Of a stretch of DNA of 64,000 nucleotides, positions 55,836 to 64,000 are shown piece after piece. The notes beneath the pieces are model-generated. The model worked only from the letters and a program-made list of their open reading frames with translations. It searched no databases and was not told the origin of the DNA. The position numbers and the translations under genes are program-made. The DNA comes from Alphaproteobacteria bacterium (lineage in GTDB: Bacteria; Pseudomonadota; Alphaproteobacteria; UBA7985; JAUIBT01), in assembly GCA_030432195.1 (NCBI GenBank), contig JAUIHE010000002.1, positions 5,045-69,044 of the forward strand, in the 5' to 3' direction. Positions within the stretch are counted from its first letter, which is position 1; every line of letters begins with the position of its first letter.

Positions 55836-56492
55836 ATGAACGCTCTATCGTTTCTTTCGACCTTGCTAAATCGCTCCCTGGTTGCTGGTGTGATGGGGAT
55901 CGCGGCGCTGTTTGCTGGCGGTGCCCATGCACAGAATATCACCGACGCCGAGTTGCTGGCCGTCGTTGAAGCCGAGCAAGTTCTGAACGGCGTGATTACC
56001 GCGCAAGGCCGCTTTACGCAGCAAGATTCGCTGGGTGGGCAGGCGAGTGGCGAGGTCGCGATCTGGCGGCCGGGTCGGCTGCGCTTTGACTACGATGCGC
56101 CCAGTCCAACGCTGATTTTGGCCGATGGCTACTTTGTAATGAGCGTCGATCGCGAGCTTGAAAACGTGGCGCACCAGCGCATCTCGCGCTCGCCGCTCTA
56201 TTTCCTTTTGGATCAGCGCGTCGAGTTCACCAAGGGGCTGAACCTTGTTGATGTTGTATTGGGCGACCAGTTGTTGGAAATCACGGTCCAACGCCAAGGC
56301 CGTGAAGACGAGGGTTTCTTGACCCTTCTGTTCCACCCGCAGACAAAAGAGCTGCTGGGTTGGCGTACCGTTGACGCTCAAGGCGTCACCACGCTGTTGC
56401 AGCTGGAATTTATGAGCTATGGCGTGCCCATGAATGAAGAAGCGTTCCGATTACCTGCCGGTTATGGCCGCGACGATCGCGATCGCAACTAG
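55836..56492 (+). CDS. lolA: outer-membrane lipoprotein carrier protein LolA
   Basis: The ATG at 55836 gives a signal peptide (MNALSFLSTLLNRSLVAGVMGIAALFAGGAHA). Conserved ftsK-lolA synteny; GRFTQ motif. Confidence 0.8.
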   Translation: MNALSFLSTLLNRSLVAGVMGIAALFAGGAHAQNITDAELLAVVEAEQVLNGVITAQGRFTQQDSLGGQASGEVAIWRPGRLRFDYDAPSPTLILADGYFVMSVDRELENVAHQRISRSPLYFLLDQRVEFTKGLNLVDVVLGDQLLEITVQRQGREDEGFLTLLFHPQTKELLGWRTVDAQGVTTLLQLEFMSYGVPMNEEAFRLPAGYGRDDRDRN

Positions 56493-56603
56493 CCCAAGTT
56501 TCGGCGCGGCGAGAGCGAGCGCGCCAAGCACAAGCCTTGCCTCTTTGCCGTTCTTGGCACCATAGTAGCGCCTTCGTTAGATCCGTCGCGATAGAGAGGC
56601 TAC

Positions 56604-58106
56604 ATGGCGCGTTATTTGCTCGCAATCGACCAAGGAACCACCTCGTCTAGGGCTATTGTCTATGATGAGAGCCTGGCACCGATCGTCAGCGCCCAACAGG
56701 AATTCCAACAGCACTTTCCGCAAGAAGGCTGGGTCGAGCACGACCCCATGGATCTATGGCAGACAGTTTTGGACTGCGCGCGCCAGGCCATAGCCAAAGC
56801 GGGCCTACAAGCCAATGAGATCGCCGCCATCGGCATCACCAATCAGCGCGAAACCACTTTGGTTTGGGATCGTGCAACCGGCGAGCCCATTTATCCGGCG
56901 ATCGTCTGGCAAGACCGGCGCACAATGCAGCGCTGCCAACAGCTCAAGGCCGAGGGGTTGGAGGATGAAGTTCGCGCGCGCACGGGCTTGCTGCTGGACC
57001 CCTATTTCTCTGCGACCAAGCTGGCATGGATCTTGGATCAGGTCGCGGGCGCACGCGAAAAGGCCAAGTCCGGGCAGTTGGCCTTTGGCACGGTAGACAC
57101 CTGGCTGATTTGGCACCTGACCGGTGGTGTACGCCACGTGACCGATGCCACCAACGCTGCGCGCACCATGCTCTATAATATCCACGAAGGCTGCTGGGAC
57201 GACACCTTGCTTGCGGCGTTGGACATTCCCGCTGGCATGTTGCCCCAGGTGCAAGACTGTGCGTCTGATTTTGGCACGACCTTGCCCGACCTGTTGGGCG
57301 CGAGCCTGCCCATTCGCGGCGTTGCAGGAGACCAGCAAGCGGCCACCGTCGGCCAGGCCTGCTTTTCTCCTGGCATGCTGAAATCGACCTATGGCACAGG
57401 GTGTTTTGCTTTGCTCAATACCGGAGCGCGTGCCATTACCTCGGAAAACCGCCTGCTGACCACGATTGCCTATCAATTGGACGGGCAGCCAAGTTATGCG
57501 CTGGAAGGCTCGATCTTTGTTGCGGGCGCACTGGTGCAGTGGATGCGGGACGAGCTGGGCATCGTTGAAAAGGCGAGCCAGACGCAGGCCATGGCTGAAG
57601 CCGCTGACCCGAGCCAGCGCGTCTATTTGGTGCCTGCATTTACCGGCTTGGGTGCGCCCTATTGGCAAGCGCGCGCGCGCGGCAGCCTGTTGGGGATGAC
57701 CCGCAACACCGGCCCCAAGGAGATTGCACGCGCGGGCTTGCAGGCCATCGGCTATCAGACCGGTGATCTAATGACGGCCATGGTGGGCGATTGGCCCGCG
57801 CTGGCCGACATGGCCGGGGTGCTGCGCGTCGATGGTGGCCTGGTCGCCAACGACTACGCGATGCAGTTCTTGGCGGACATCTTGGGCAGGCCGGTTGAAC
57901 GACCCGAAAACATCGAGACGACTGCTTTGGGCGCCGCGGCTTTGGCTGCGTTAGGGGCCGGGCTCTTGCCTGATTTGACTGCTCTGCAACGGAACTGGCG
58001 CTTGGATCGCCGCTTTGAACCGACCATGGCGGAAGCCGAACGGCAGGCCGGATTGAGGGGCTGGACCAAGGCCATCGCCGCGACCCGACTGATGGCCGAG
58101 GATTAG
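56604..58106 (+). CDS. glpK: glycerol kinase
   Basis: 500 aa; [25 protein letters not shown] motifs. Confidence 0.97.
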   Translation: MARYLLAIDQGTTSSRAIVYDESLAPIVSAQQEFQQHFPQEGWVEHDPMDLWQTVLDCARQAIAKAGLQANEIAAIGITNQRETTLVWDRATGEPIYPAIVWQDRRTMQRCQQLKAEGLEDEVRARTGLLLDPYFSATKLAWILDQVAGAREKAKSGQLAFGTVDTWLIWHLTGGVRHVTDATNAARTMLYNIHEGCWDDTLLAALDIPAGMLPQVQDCASDFGTTLPDLLGASLPIRGVAGDQQAATVGQACFSPGMLKSTYGTGCFALLNTGARAITSENRLLTTIAYQLDGQPSYALEGSIFVAGALVQWMRDELGIVEKASQTQAMAEAADPSQRVYLVPAFTGLGAPYWQARARGSLLGMTRNTGPKEIARAGLQAIGYQTGDLMTAMVGDWPALADMAGVLRVDGGLVANDYAMQFLADILGRPVERPENIETTALGAAALAALGAGLLPDLTALQRNWRLDRRFEPTMAEAERQAGLRGWTKAIAATRLMAED

Positions 58107-58114
58107 CGCAGTGC

Positions 58115-58219
58115 CTAGAGCGTCGGGCCCCGTCGTTGCAACAGCCTTTCCGCTCTAGCTGACTGATTTCTAACGCAAGTCCATGCTCATGCGTTGCGCC
58201 ACTCATTCGCGGCTTGCTG
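58115..58219 (-). repeat. copy C of the ~108-nt intergenic repeat element (inverted orientation)
   Basis: The reverse complement aligns with copies A and B. Starts 8 nt after the glpK stop. Confidence 0.9.
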
Positions 58220-58433
58220 CAGGCGTCCCGTCTCAGCGTGCCTGGAATATTCGCGATGATTTTTGCGGAAGACCTAACAAGCCCTGGCTTCCCCTTTGTT
58301 GCTCGGCACAGCGGCAGGGAACGGGGCGCCTTCTCGCGAAGTATGCAGGCATACGCAATGCCCGTGACGCAAGGCGATCCAGGCCGCTAGGCCGATGCGT
58401 TCGGGGATGCTCAAATTGTCAGGAAAAGAAAAA

Positions 58434-58518
58434 TGGTGGACAGGGTTGGATTCGAACCAACGTAGGCATAGCCAGCGGATTTACAATCCGCCCCCTTTAG
58501 CCGCTCGGGCACCTGTCC
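58434..58518 (-). tRNA. tRNA-Tyr (anticodon GTA), class II with long variable arm, CCA encoded
   Basis: Reverse complement reads GGACAGGTGCCCGAGCGG...GCGGATTGTAAATCCGC...GGTTCGAATCCAACCCTGTCCACCA. It has a 7-bp acceptor stem, a TTGTAAA anticodon loop and a GGTTCGAATCC T-arm. Confidence 0.9.
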
Positions 58519-58705
58519 ACGCCGCGCGCAAGGCTTTTCGCGCTGCGGGAGTGCGCGGTTTAGCAGCCGACTTTGATGCCGTCAACTGGCTTTTCGGCCT
58601 TTTTTATTGAGCTGGCACGCTAGGGGCCTTAAAGGTGAGCCCACAGCCCCGCTGGGCCATCAAAAAGGCCCGGCCAAAGGAAAAGAAATCGTGTCGCAGA
58701 ATAAA

Positions 58706-59473
58706 ATGTTGAAGTTGCCCAAGGGCGCGCTGTCGAAAAAGCGCCGCCCGACCAAACACTGGATTTGGGGGCACCATGCGGTTGAGGCGGCATTGCGAAA
58801 TCCAAGCCGAAAAGTCAAACGCTTGCTGGTCTATCCCGACCTGCTGCCTAACCTGTTGCCCGTGCTTGACGCGATGGACATTCCGCCGGCGATCAGCGAA
58901 GCCCGGAAAGCAGACATCGACGGGTTGTTGCCCGAAGGCGCGGTGCATCAAGGCTATGCGCTTGAGTGCAACCCGCGCGCAGAATTGACCTTGGGTCAGT
59001 TCTTGGCCCAGCCAAAGGAACAGCGCCGTCTGCTGGTGGCTTTGGATCAAGTCACCGACCCGCATAACGTCGGCGCAATCTGGCGCTCGGCGGCGGCCTT
59101 TGGCGCAGGGGGCCTGCTTTTGACCGAACGCCACGCTCCGAACGAGACCGGCGTTCTAGCCAAGACCGCCTGCGGCGGTTTGGAGGTGGTGCCGCCGGTG
59201 CGGGTGCGCAATTTGTCGGACAGCCTGGAGGCCTTAAAAGAAAAGGGGTATCGCATCCTGGGCTTGGCGGGCGAAGCGGAAACCCGCCTCAATGCGCTGG
59301 AGCCGTCTGAGTTAAACGTGTTGGTGCTGGGCGCCGAGGGCGACGGGATGCGCCAACGCACGCGGCAGACCTGTGATGTGCTAGTGCGCCTGCCGACCCG
59401 CCCCCCAATCGACCACCTAAATGTTTCTAATGCTGCGGCCATTGCGCTCTATGCGCTTGCGTCTTATGCCTAA
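58706..59473 (+). CDS. rlmB: 23S rRNA (guanosine-2'-O)-methyltransferase RlmB (SpoU/TrmH family)
   Basis: HAVEAALRNP substrate-binding region, LDQVTDPHNVGAIWRSA, LNVSNAAAIALY SPOUT motifs. Start uncertain (58607, 58691 or 58706). Confidence 0.85.
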   Translation: MLKLPKGALSKKRRPTKHWIWGHHAVEAALRNPSRKVKRLLVYPDLLPNLLPVLDAMDIPPAISEARKADIDGLLPEGAVHQGYALECNPRAELTLGQFLAQPKEQRRLLVALDQVTDPHNVGAIWRSAAAFGAGGLLLTERHAPNETGVLAKTACGGLEVVPPVRVRNLSDSLEALKEKGYRILGLAGEAETRLNALEPSELNVLVLGAEGDGMRQRTRQTCDVLVRLPTRPPIDHLNVSNAAAIALYALASYA

Positions 59474-59567
59474 AGACTAAGACGCCGCCGGAAGCGTTTT
59501 GCGCCTACGGCGCACGCTAGGCTGGCCGCGTGGCGACACCCGCTTGACCTGCTTGTTCGATCGACCC

Positions 59568-60590
59568 ATGACCTTGACATCGCAATCTTACATCGAAACC
59601 CGCATTGAGGCTCTGTTAGGCCGCTGGGAGGGGCGTTGGTTTGATATTTCAAGCGGCGGCAAGGCAGCGCCACCACCGCCAAGCGAGGAGCCTGTTCCAG
59701 AGCGCCTGCATGCCTTGACCTTGCCAGAGCGCGAGGGCGCGCAAGAGCATCTGATCGTCACGCACGGCAACGGCATGACAGCGGCGACGCACGCCAACCT
59801 GGCGCTGGCGCTGGCGGAGGCCAACCCCAATATTCAGCCCTGGTTGGTAGACACGCGCGGTCACGGGCGCTCAACACTCTCGCTTGATCCGGCCAAATTG
59901 CGCGATTTCAAGCGCTATAGCGCTGATTTGAAAGCGTTTTGCCGGGGCTTGCCAGGCCGACTTCATTTCATTGGCCACTCGATGGGGGCTTTGCTGGCCA
60001 TGCGCGAAGCCACTGATCTTTGTGCCGAGACGCCTGAGCGCGTCGGCTCGCTGATCCTGCTGGAGCCAACGCTGCTATCGCGATCGCTCTATGCCGCGAT
60101 GACGGTCGGCCACTACATTCCATCACTGATGCGTCGCCTCAACCCCTTGATCAAGCCCGCTGCGCGCCGTCGCCCGGCTTGGGAGAGCTGGTCGCAGATG
60201 TTCGCCTCCTATGAGGACAAGGAACTGTTTGCCGCCTTCGATCCTGACAGTTTTGCAGGCTATCTGGCGACGGGGATAAAGGCGAGCCAGTTTGGCGTCG
60301 CCCTGTCTTGCGCACCGGCGGTAGAAGCCGCCAATTTCCAATGGCTCGACCTGAGCCTTTGGGGCACCATCAAGCGGCGGCGAACGATCCGTGATGTGCC
60401 AACTTTGTTGGCCTATGGCAAGCTGACGGGCTCAACGGTTTCACAAGGTCGCGTGGCCGAGGTGGAGGCCCTGTTTCGAAATCTGACGGTCTTGGGGGTC
60501 GATGATGCGGACCATTTCTTGCCCATGACCCACGTTGAGCTGCTGCAACGCGAATTGCTCCGCTTTCACCAATCCCTGCCGCAAGGCTAG
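59568..60590 (+). CDS. alpha/beta-fold hydrolase
   Basis: Nucleophile elbow GHSMGA, C-terminal DADHF. The ATG at 59568 avoids overlap with rlmB. Confidence 0.75.
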   Translation: MTLTSQSYIETRIEALLGRWEGRWFDISSGGKAAPPPPSEEPVPERLHALTLPEREGAQEHLIVTHGNGMTAATHANLALALAEANPNIQPWLVDTRGHGRSTLSLDPAKLRDFKRYSADLKAFCRGLPGRLHFIGHSMGALLAMREATDLCAETPERVGSLILLEPTLLSRSLYAAMTVGHYIPSLMRRLNPLIKPAARRRPAWESWSQMFASYEDKELFAAFDPDSFAGYLATGIKASQFGVALSCAPAVEAANFQWLDLSLWGTIKRRRTIRDVPTLLAYGKLTGSTVSQGRVAEVEALFRNLTVLGVDDADHFLPMTHVELLQRELLRFHQSLPQG

Positions 60591-60615
60591 GACGTATTTG
60601 GATAGACCAAGACCT

Positions 60616-61890
60616 GTGACTGCTCTTACTCCGGCAACCGCCGCTTCCGCGACTTTGACCCCGCCTGCTACAGCTATGAGCGGCCGATTGAGCCTGCCGG
60701 GCTCCAAATCCATTACCAACCGCGCACTGCTGCTCGCGGCGCTGGCCAAGGGGCGAAGCCGGTTGAGCGGCGCGCTGACCAGCGACGATACCCGCCACAT
60801 GTCTACGGCCCTGCGCGCGATGGGCGTGCAGGTCGAACAGCCCGACGAGACCAGCTTTTCGGTCGAGGGCAATGGCCGTTTGGCGCCCGCTGACGCGCCC
60901 TTGTTCCTGGGCAATGCCGGAACCGCGACGCGCTTCATCACCGCGGCCGTGGCGGTTCAGCAGGGCCGTTTTGTTGTGGATGGCGACGAGCACATGCGCA
61001 AGCGCCCCATTGCTCCCCTGGTTGACGCGCTAAAGCGTTTGGGGGTCAAAGCCAGCGCACCCAGCCAATGCCCCCCAGTGACCATTGATGCCAGCGGCGG
61101 TTTCGCGCAAGACAGCGTAGAAATCGACGGCGGCCTGTCCAGCCAGTACGTTTCTGCCATCCTGATGGCGGCGGCTTGCTTGCCCACGCCGTTTGATCTG
61201 CGCCTCGCGGGCGCTGACATCGGGGCCAAGGGCTATATTGATATCACCCTGGCGGTCATGCGTGCGTTTGGTGCGGTGGTAGAAAGCCCCGCTCCCGGCC
61301 ATTGGCGTTTGCAGGGCGGCGGCTATCAAGCCTGCGATTTTGCCATTGAGCCAGATGCATCGGCGGCGACCTACTTGTGGGCGGCCGAGCGCATGAGTGG
61401 CGGCAACATTGATCTGGGCGTTGATCCTGAAGGGATGAGCCAACCGGATGCCAAGGCGTGGCATGTGATCCAAGCCTGGCCCAACATGCCGGCGGTCATC
61501 GACGGCAGCCAAATGCAAGACGCTATTCCAACGCTGGCGGTGCTGGCCGCCTTCAACGAAACGCCGGTGCGTTTTGTTGGTATCGCCAATTTGCGGGTCA
61601 AAGAGTGCGACCGCACGGCGGCCTGTTGTGCTGAACTCAACAAACTAAAACCGGGTCTGGCGCAGGAGATCGGCGACGATCTGCTGGTCCATGGCGACCC
61701 CGGCTTGAAGGGGCAGACGACCACCGCCAAGATCCACACCTACGCCGACCACCGCATCGCGATGAGCTTTGCCTTGGCGGGCATCTTTATGCCGGGCCTG
61801 ACCATTTTGGATCCGGGTTGTGTCGCCAAAACCTATCCAAACTACTGGCGTGATATGAGCGCTTTGGGGCTGGGTGTAGCGCTGGCATAG
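60616..61890 (+). CDS. aroA: 3-phosphoshikimate 1-carboxyvinyltransferase (EPSP synthase)
   Basis: LPGSKSITNRALLLAALA, LGNAGTATRF, DHRIAMSFA. Start uncertain (GTG 60616 or ATG 60676; track 60535 overlaps the hydrolase gene). Confidence 0.93.
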   Translation: MTALTPATAASATLTPPATAMSGRLSLPGSKSITNRALLLAALAKGRSRLSGALTSDDTRHMSTALRAMGVQVEQPDETSFSVEGNGRLAPADAPLFLGNAGTATRFITAAVAVQQGRFVVDGDEHMRKRPIAPLVDALKRLGVKASAPSQCPPVTIDASGGFAQDSVEIDGGLSSQYVSAILMAAACLPTPFDLRLAGADIGAKGYIDITLAVMRAFGAVVESPAPGHWRLQGGGYQACDFAIEPDASAATYLWAAERMSGGNIDLGVDPEGMSQPDAKAWHVIQAWPNMPAVIDGSQMQDAIPTLAVLAAFNETPVRFVGIANLRVKECDRTAACCAELNKLKPGLAQEIGDDLLVHGDPGLKGQTTTAKIHTYADHRIAMSFALAGIFMPGLTILDPGCVAKTYPNYWRDMSALGLGVALA

Positions 61891-61943
61891 CGCTGAAAAG
61901 CGGGCCAGATGCGCACGCTCGCTGGCGCGTGCAAGCGCAGCGA

Positions 61944-62423
61944 TCAGCGCAGCAACCGCTTGAGTTTACGCTGCTTTTCGACCTCAGCATCGGCGATGTT
62001 CTGACTGACCACCTGGGCTACATGGGCAAAGAAGGTCGGCGAAAAGCGTGCATAGGCGCCCGCATTGCCCGGCGGCGGACTGAAGGGCTCGAACAAGGGG
62101 CTAGGCCAGGTCACCTGATTGGCCCCAGTAGTGACCACCCAGGACCGTTCCTTCAAGCCAGCGCGCAGGCGTTCAGTGTGGGGGACGGCAAGGCCCTTGT
62201 CGGGCTCGCGCTGCTTCTTGGTACTGATGGCCAGCAGGGTGATTTGAAACAGGCCCGCGCCGATGGGCTCACGATGCAAAACCAGGACCGGGCGCACCTT
62301 GTCAGCGTGGTTCGGCGTGCGGGCGAAGTTGCGATTGACCCAAACATAGCGATAGCAGATCAGATCGCCGGCTTTGGGCGCGCGCGGTGGCAGATTGCCA
62401 AGGCTTTCGCTTGCCTTCATCAT
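61944..62423 (-). CDS. hypothetical protein with PemK/MazF-like N-terminal pattern (candidate toxin)
   Basis: 159 aa; PKAGDLICYRYVW...VRPVLVLH resembles the GD(I/L)...RP(A/V)(V/L)V(L/V) strand pair of MazF/PemK. ATGA overlap with the upstream ORF. Assignment is weak. Confidence 0.4.
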   Translation of the reverse strand: MMKASESLGNLPPRAPKAGDLICYRYVWVNRNFARTPNHADKVRPVLVLHREPIGAGLFQITLLAISTKKQREPDKGLAVPHTERLRAGLKERSWVVTTGANQVTWPSPLFEPFSPPPGNAGAYARFSPTFFAHVAQVVSQNIADAEVEKQRKLKRLLR

Positions 62424-62680
62424 GATGCTTTGCTGCTGGCGGCGGCCTCTTGGGCAAGCCGCGCTTCTTCGTGCAAGGCGGCTTGCTCTTCGGCGCTCAG
62501 CTCGGCCCAGCTTAGAGCGTGGCGCTTGAAAGCCAACAGTTCGGCATAGTCGGAAAATGGCAGCAAGACGTGGCGCCCGCCGTTGCGGTCTTTGAGCCAG
62601 AAACGCTTGGGGCCGCGCCCGCGCAATAGGCGTGGGAGTTGGACCAAGAACGCCCGCTGCCAGTAAGTCTTGGTCTTCAC
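62420..62680 (-). CDS. hypothetical small protein (candidate antitoxin)
   Basis: A GTG at 62680 overlaps the chaC-like stop (GTGA), giving 86 aa. GGRHVLLPFSDYAELL resembles the Phd/YefM-type strand-helix. The track ORF extends to 62776. Confidence 0.35.
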   Translation of the reverse strand: MKTKTYWQRAFLVQLPRLLRGRGPKRFWLKDRNGGRHVLLPFSDYAELLAFKRHALSWAELSAEEQAALHEEARLAQEAAASSKAS

Positions 62681-63405
62681 GCGCTCGCGCCGTCGCCGTT
62701 CAATGAGGGATCGCTTGGGGCGTTGGTCCGTTTCGCGGCGTGGAGCTGGGTTTCGAGCTGCTCCAGATAATCGCAAACAATGCCCTCTGAGCGCAGGCTG
62801 GCCAGGGTTTGCGTGAAATACTCAAAACTGCTGCCCAACAGGCCTTCACCGGTCAGCAGCATATGAACTTTTTGCTTGGGGCAGATGGGCCCGGTATAGC
62901 GCCCGCAATCGGGATCAATGACAAAGGTGAGCAGCGGTGTGCGCTGGCCTTCGACCTCGCCGTGTAGCCACAGTGGGCGGTAGGAGCCCGACAGCATTTC
63001 ACGACGCCAGAGCAAGAACAGCTCGTGTTCTAGGTTGTGGGGGCGGACCCGAAAAGCGCGCCCTTCTGTCTGTCCGCCTTCGTCCAGCGCCAACACAAGG
63101 CCCGGCTTTTCCGGGCTGCCGCGTCCAAAGCGCGTCTTTAGGCAAAAACGGCGACGGTAGCCTTGAACCGTGGCTGGCTTTTTTTGGTCATAGTCGAGCA
63201 AGGGATTCCAAATCAGCGAGCCGTAGCCAAAGATCCAAACGCCTTGATCGGGGGCGTAGTCGCTTGGGGCAGCGGCCAAAGTCGCGCGCACAGAGGCGCG
63301 CAGTTGGTCGTCGCTCCACAACGGATAATCGAGCTTCTCGCCCAGGGCGTTAGCTTCCTGCCGCCAGGCATCGGAAGCCAGAAACTCTTTGGTCAGCGCG
63401 GCCAT
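62677..63405 (-). CDS. chaC: ChaC-family gamma-glutamylcyclotransferase
   Basis: The ATG at 63405 gives 242 aa with VWIFGYGSLIWNP and a later E-containing motif (GGQTEGRAFRV). The track ORF start at 63564 overlaps eda. Confidence 0.8.
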   Translation of the reverse strand: MAALTKEFLASDAWRQEANALGEKLDYPLWSDDQLRASVRATLAAAPSDYAPDQGVWIFGYGSLIWNPLLDYDQKKPATVQGYRRRFCLKTRFGRGSPEKPGLVLALDEGGQTEGRAFRVRPHNLEHELFLLWRREMLSGSYRPLWLHGEVEGQRTPLLTFVIDPDCGRYTGPICPKQKVHMLLTGEGLLGSSFEYFTQTLASLRSEGIVCDYLEQLETQLHAAKRTNAPSDPSLNGDGASA

Positions 63406-63493
63406 GGCGCTTGGTGTCCTTTCAGATAGGGCAGGTCTGTGCCTGCTGGATAGAGCCAACGCAGAGCTGTGCGTCAAAGCGGGGGCTTGGTGA

Positions 63494-64000
63494 CTAGGCG
63501 TCGATCTCTGCGCTTTTGTCCTGCCAACCAGCGGCCAGTGCTGCGGCTTTGGCCTCGGCAGCAAGATCGCGGATCTTCGTCCAATTCTTATCTGCGATCA
63601 AGTCTTTCGGCAACATCCAGGAACCGCCCGCACAAACGACGTTCGGGCAAGACATGTAGTCGGCCAAATTGCTGAGGCTCACCCCGCCGGTGGGGCAGAA
63701 GACTAACCCAGCAAGTGGGCTGGCCAGGGCCTTGATTGCTTTGGCGCCGCCGGAGGCTTCAGCCGGGAAGAACTTCAAAAATTGGTAGCCAAGATTGTTG
63801 GCGTTCATGGCCTCAGTCGCGCTAGCAACCCCGGGCAACAAGGGCAAGCCCGCGTCTTGAGCGGCCTGCAACAACATAGCCGGAGAGCCAGGGGACACGC
63901 CAAAGGTGGCACCGGCTGCCTTGGCCGCGTGGATATCGTCGCTGTGGCGCAGCGTGCCTGCACCCACAATCGCGCCCTGGACGTCGCGCGCCATAGCCTC
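63494..64000 (-). CDS. eda: KDPG/KHG aldolase (partial; N-terminus beyond the window end)
   Basis: GAGTLRHSDD..., FGVSPG, FKFFPAEASGG, FCPTGGV. The ORF is open to position 64000. Confidence 0.9.
   Translation of the reverse strand, partial: EAMARDVQGAIVGAGTLRHSDDIHAAKAAGATFGVSPGSPAMLLQAAQDAGLPLLPGVASATEAMNANNLGYQFLKFFPAEASGGAKAIKALASPLAGLVFCPTGGVSLSNLADYMSCPNVVCAGGSWMLPKDLIADKNWTKIRDLAAEAKAAALAAGWQDKSAEIDA

Overview
High-GC (about 60%) chromosomal segment with alphaproteobacterial hallmarks: regB/regA, leuS-lptE, ftsK-lolA, a DUF2125 gene and a class II tRNA-Tyr. It is mostly core metabolism: cobT, leuS, thiM/thiE, uppP, gltD/gltB, pyrF, fba, plsC, yqjG, crcB, rluC, amt, ftsK, lolA, glpK, rlmB, aroA and eda. 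There is a phenylacetate catabolic cluster: paaX-paaABCDE plus a thioesterase on the + strand, and paaK-paaI on the - strand. I found no CRISPR array, transposase, integrase, prophage or recognisable defence system. The items most worth a second look are listed here. (1) A roughly 108-nt intergenic element present in three copies, with nested CTAGAGC inverted repeats. (2) An autotransporter split by a +1/-1 frame change at a G6 tract. (3) A shared TGTTAC-N25/26-GTAACA operator candidate in both paa promoter regions. (4) A repeat-bounded 3-kb insertion (cupin, agmatine-deiminase-family enzyme, cupredoxin) inside the paa cluster, with twin TATACC-N4-GGTATA palindromes. (5) A promoter-proximal hairpin and a triplicated start codon at leuS. 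(6) A chaC-like gene translationally coupled to a candidate antitoxin/PemK-like pair. (7) Several in-frame 15-bp coding tandem repeats, in the ftsK linker and the leuS 5' end. All functional calls come from reading the translated ORFs and recalling family motifs. No database search was run.
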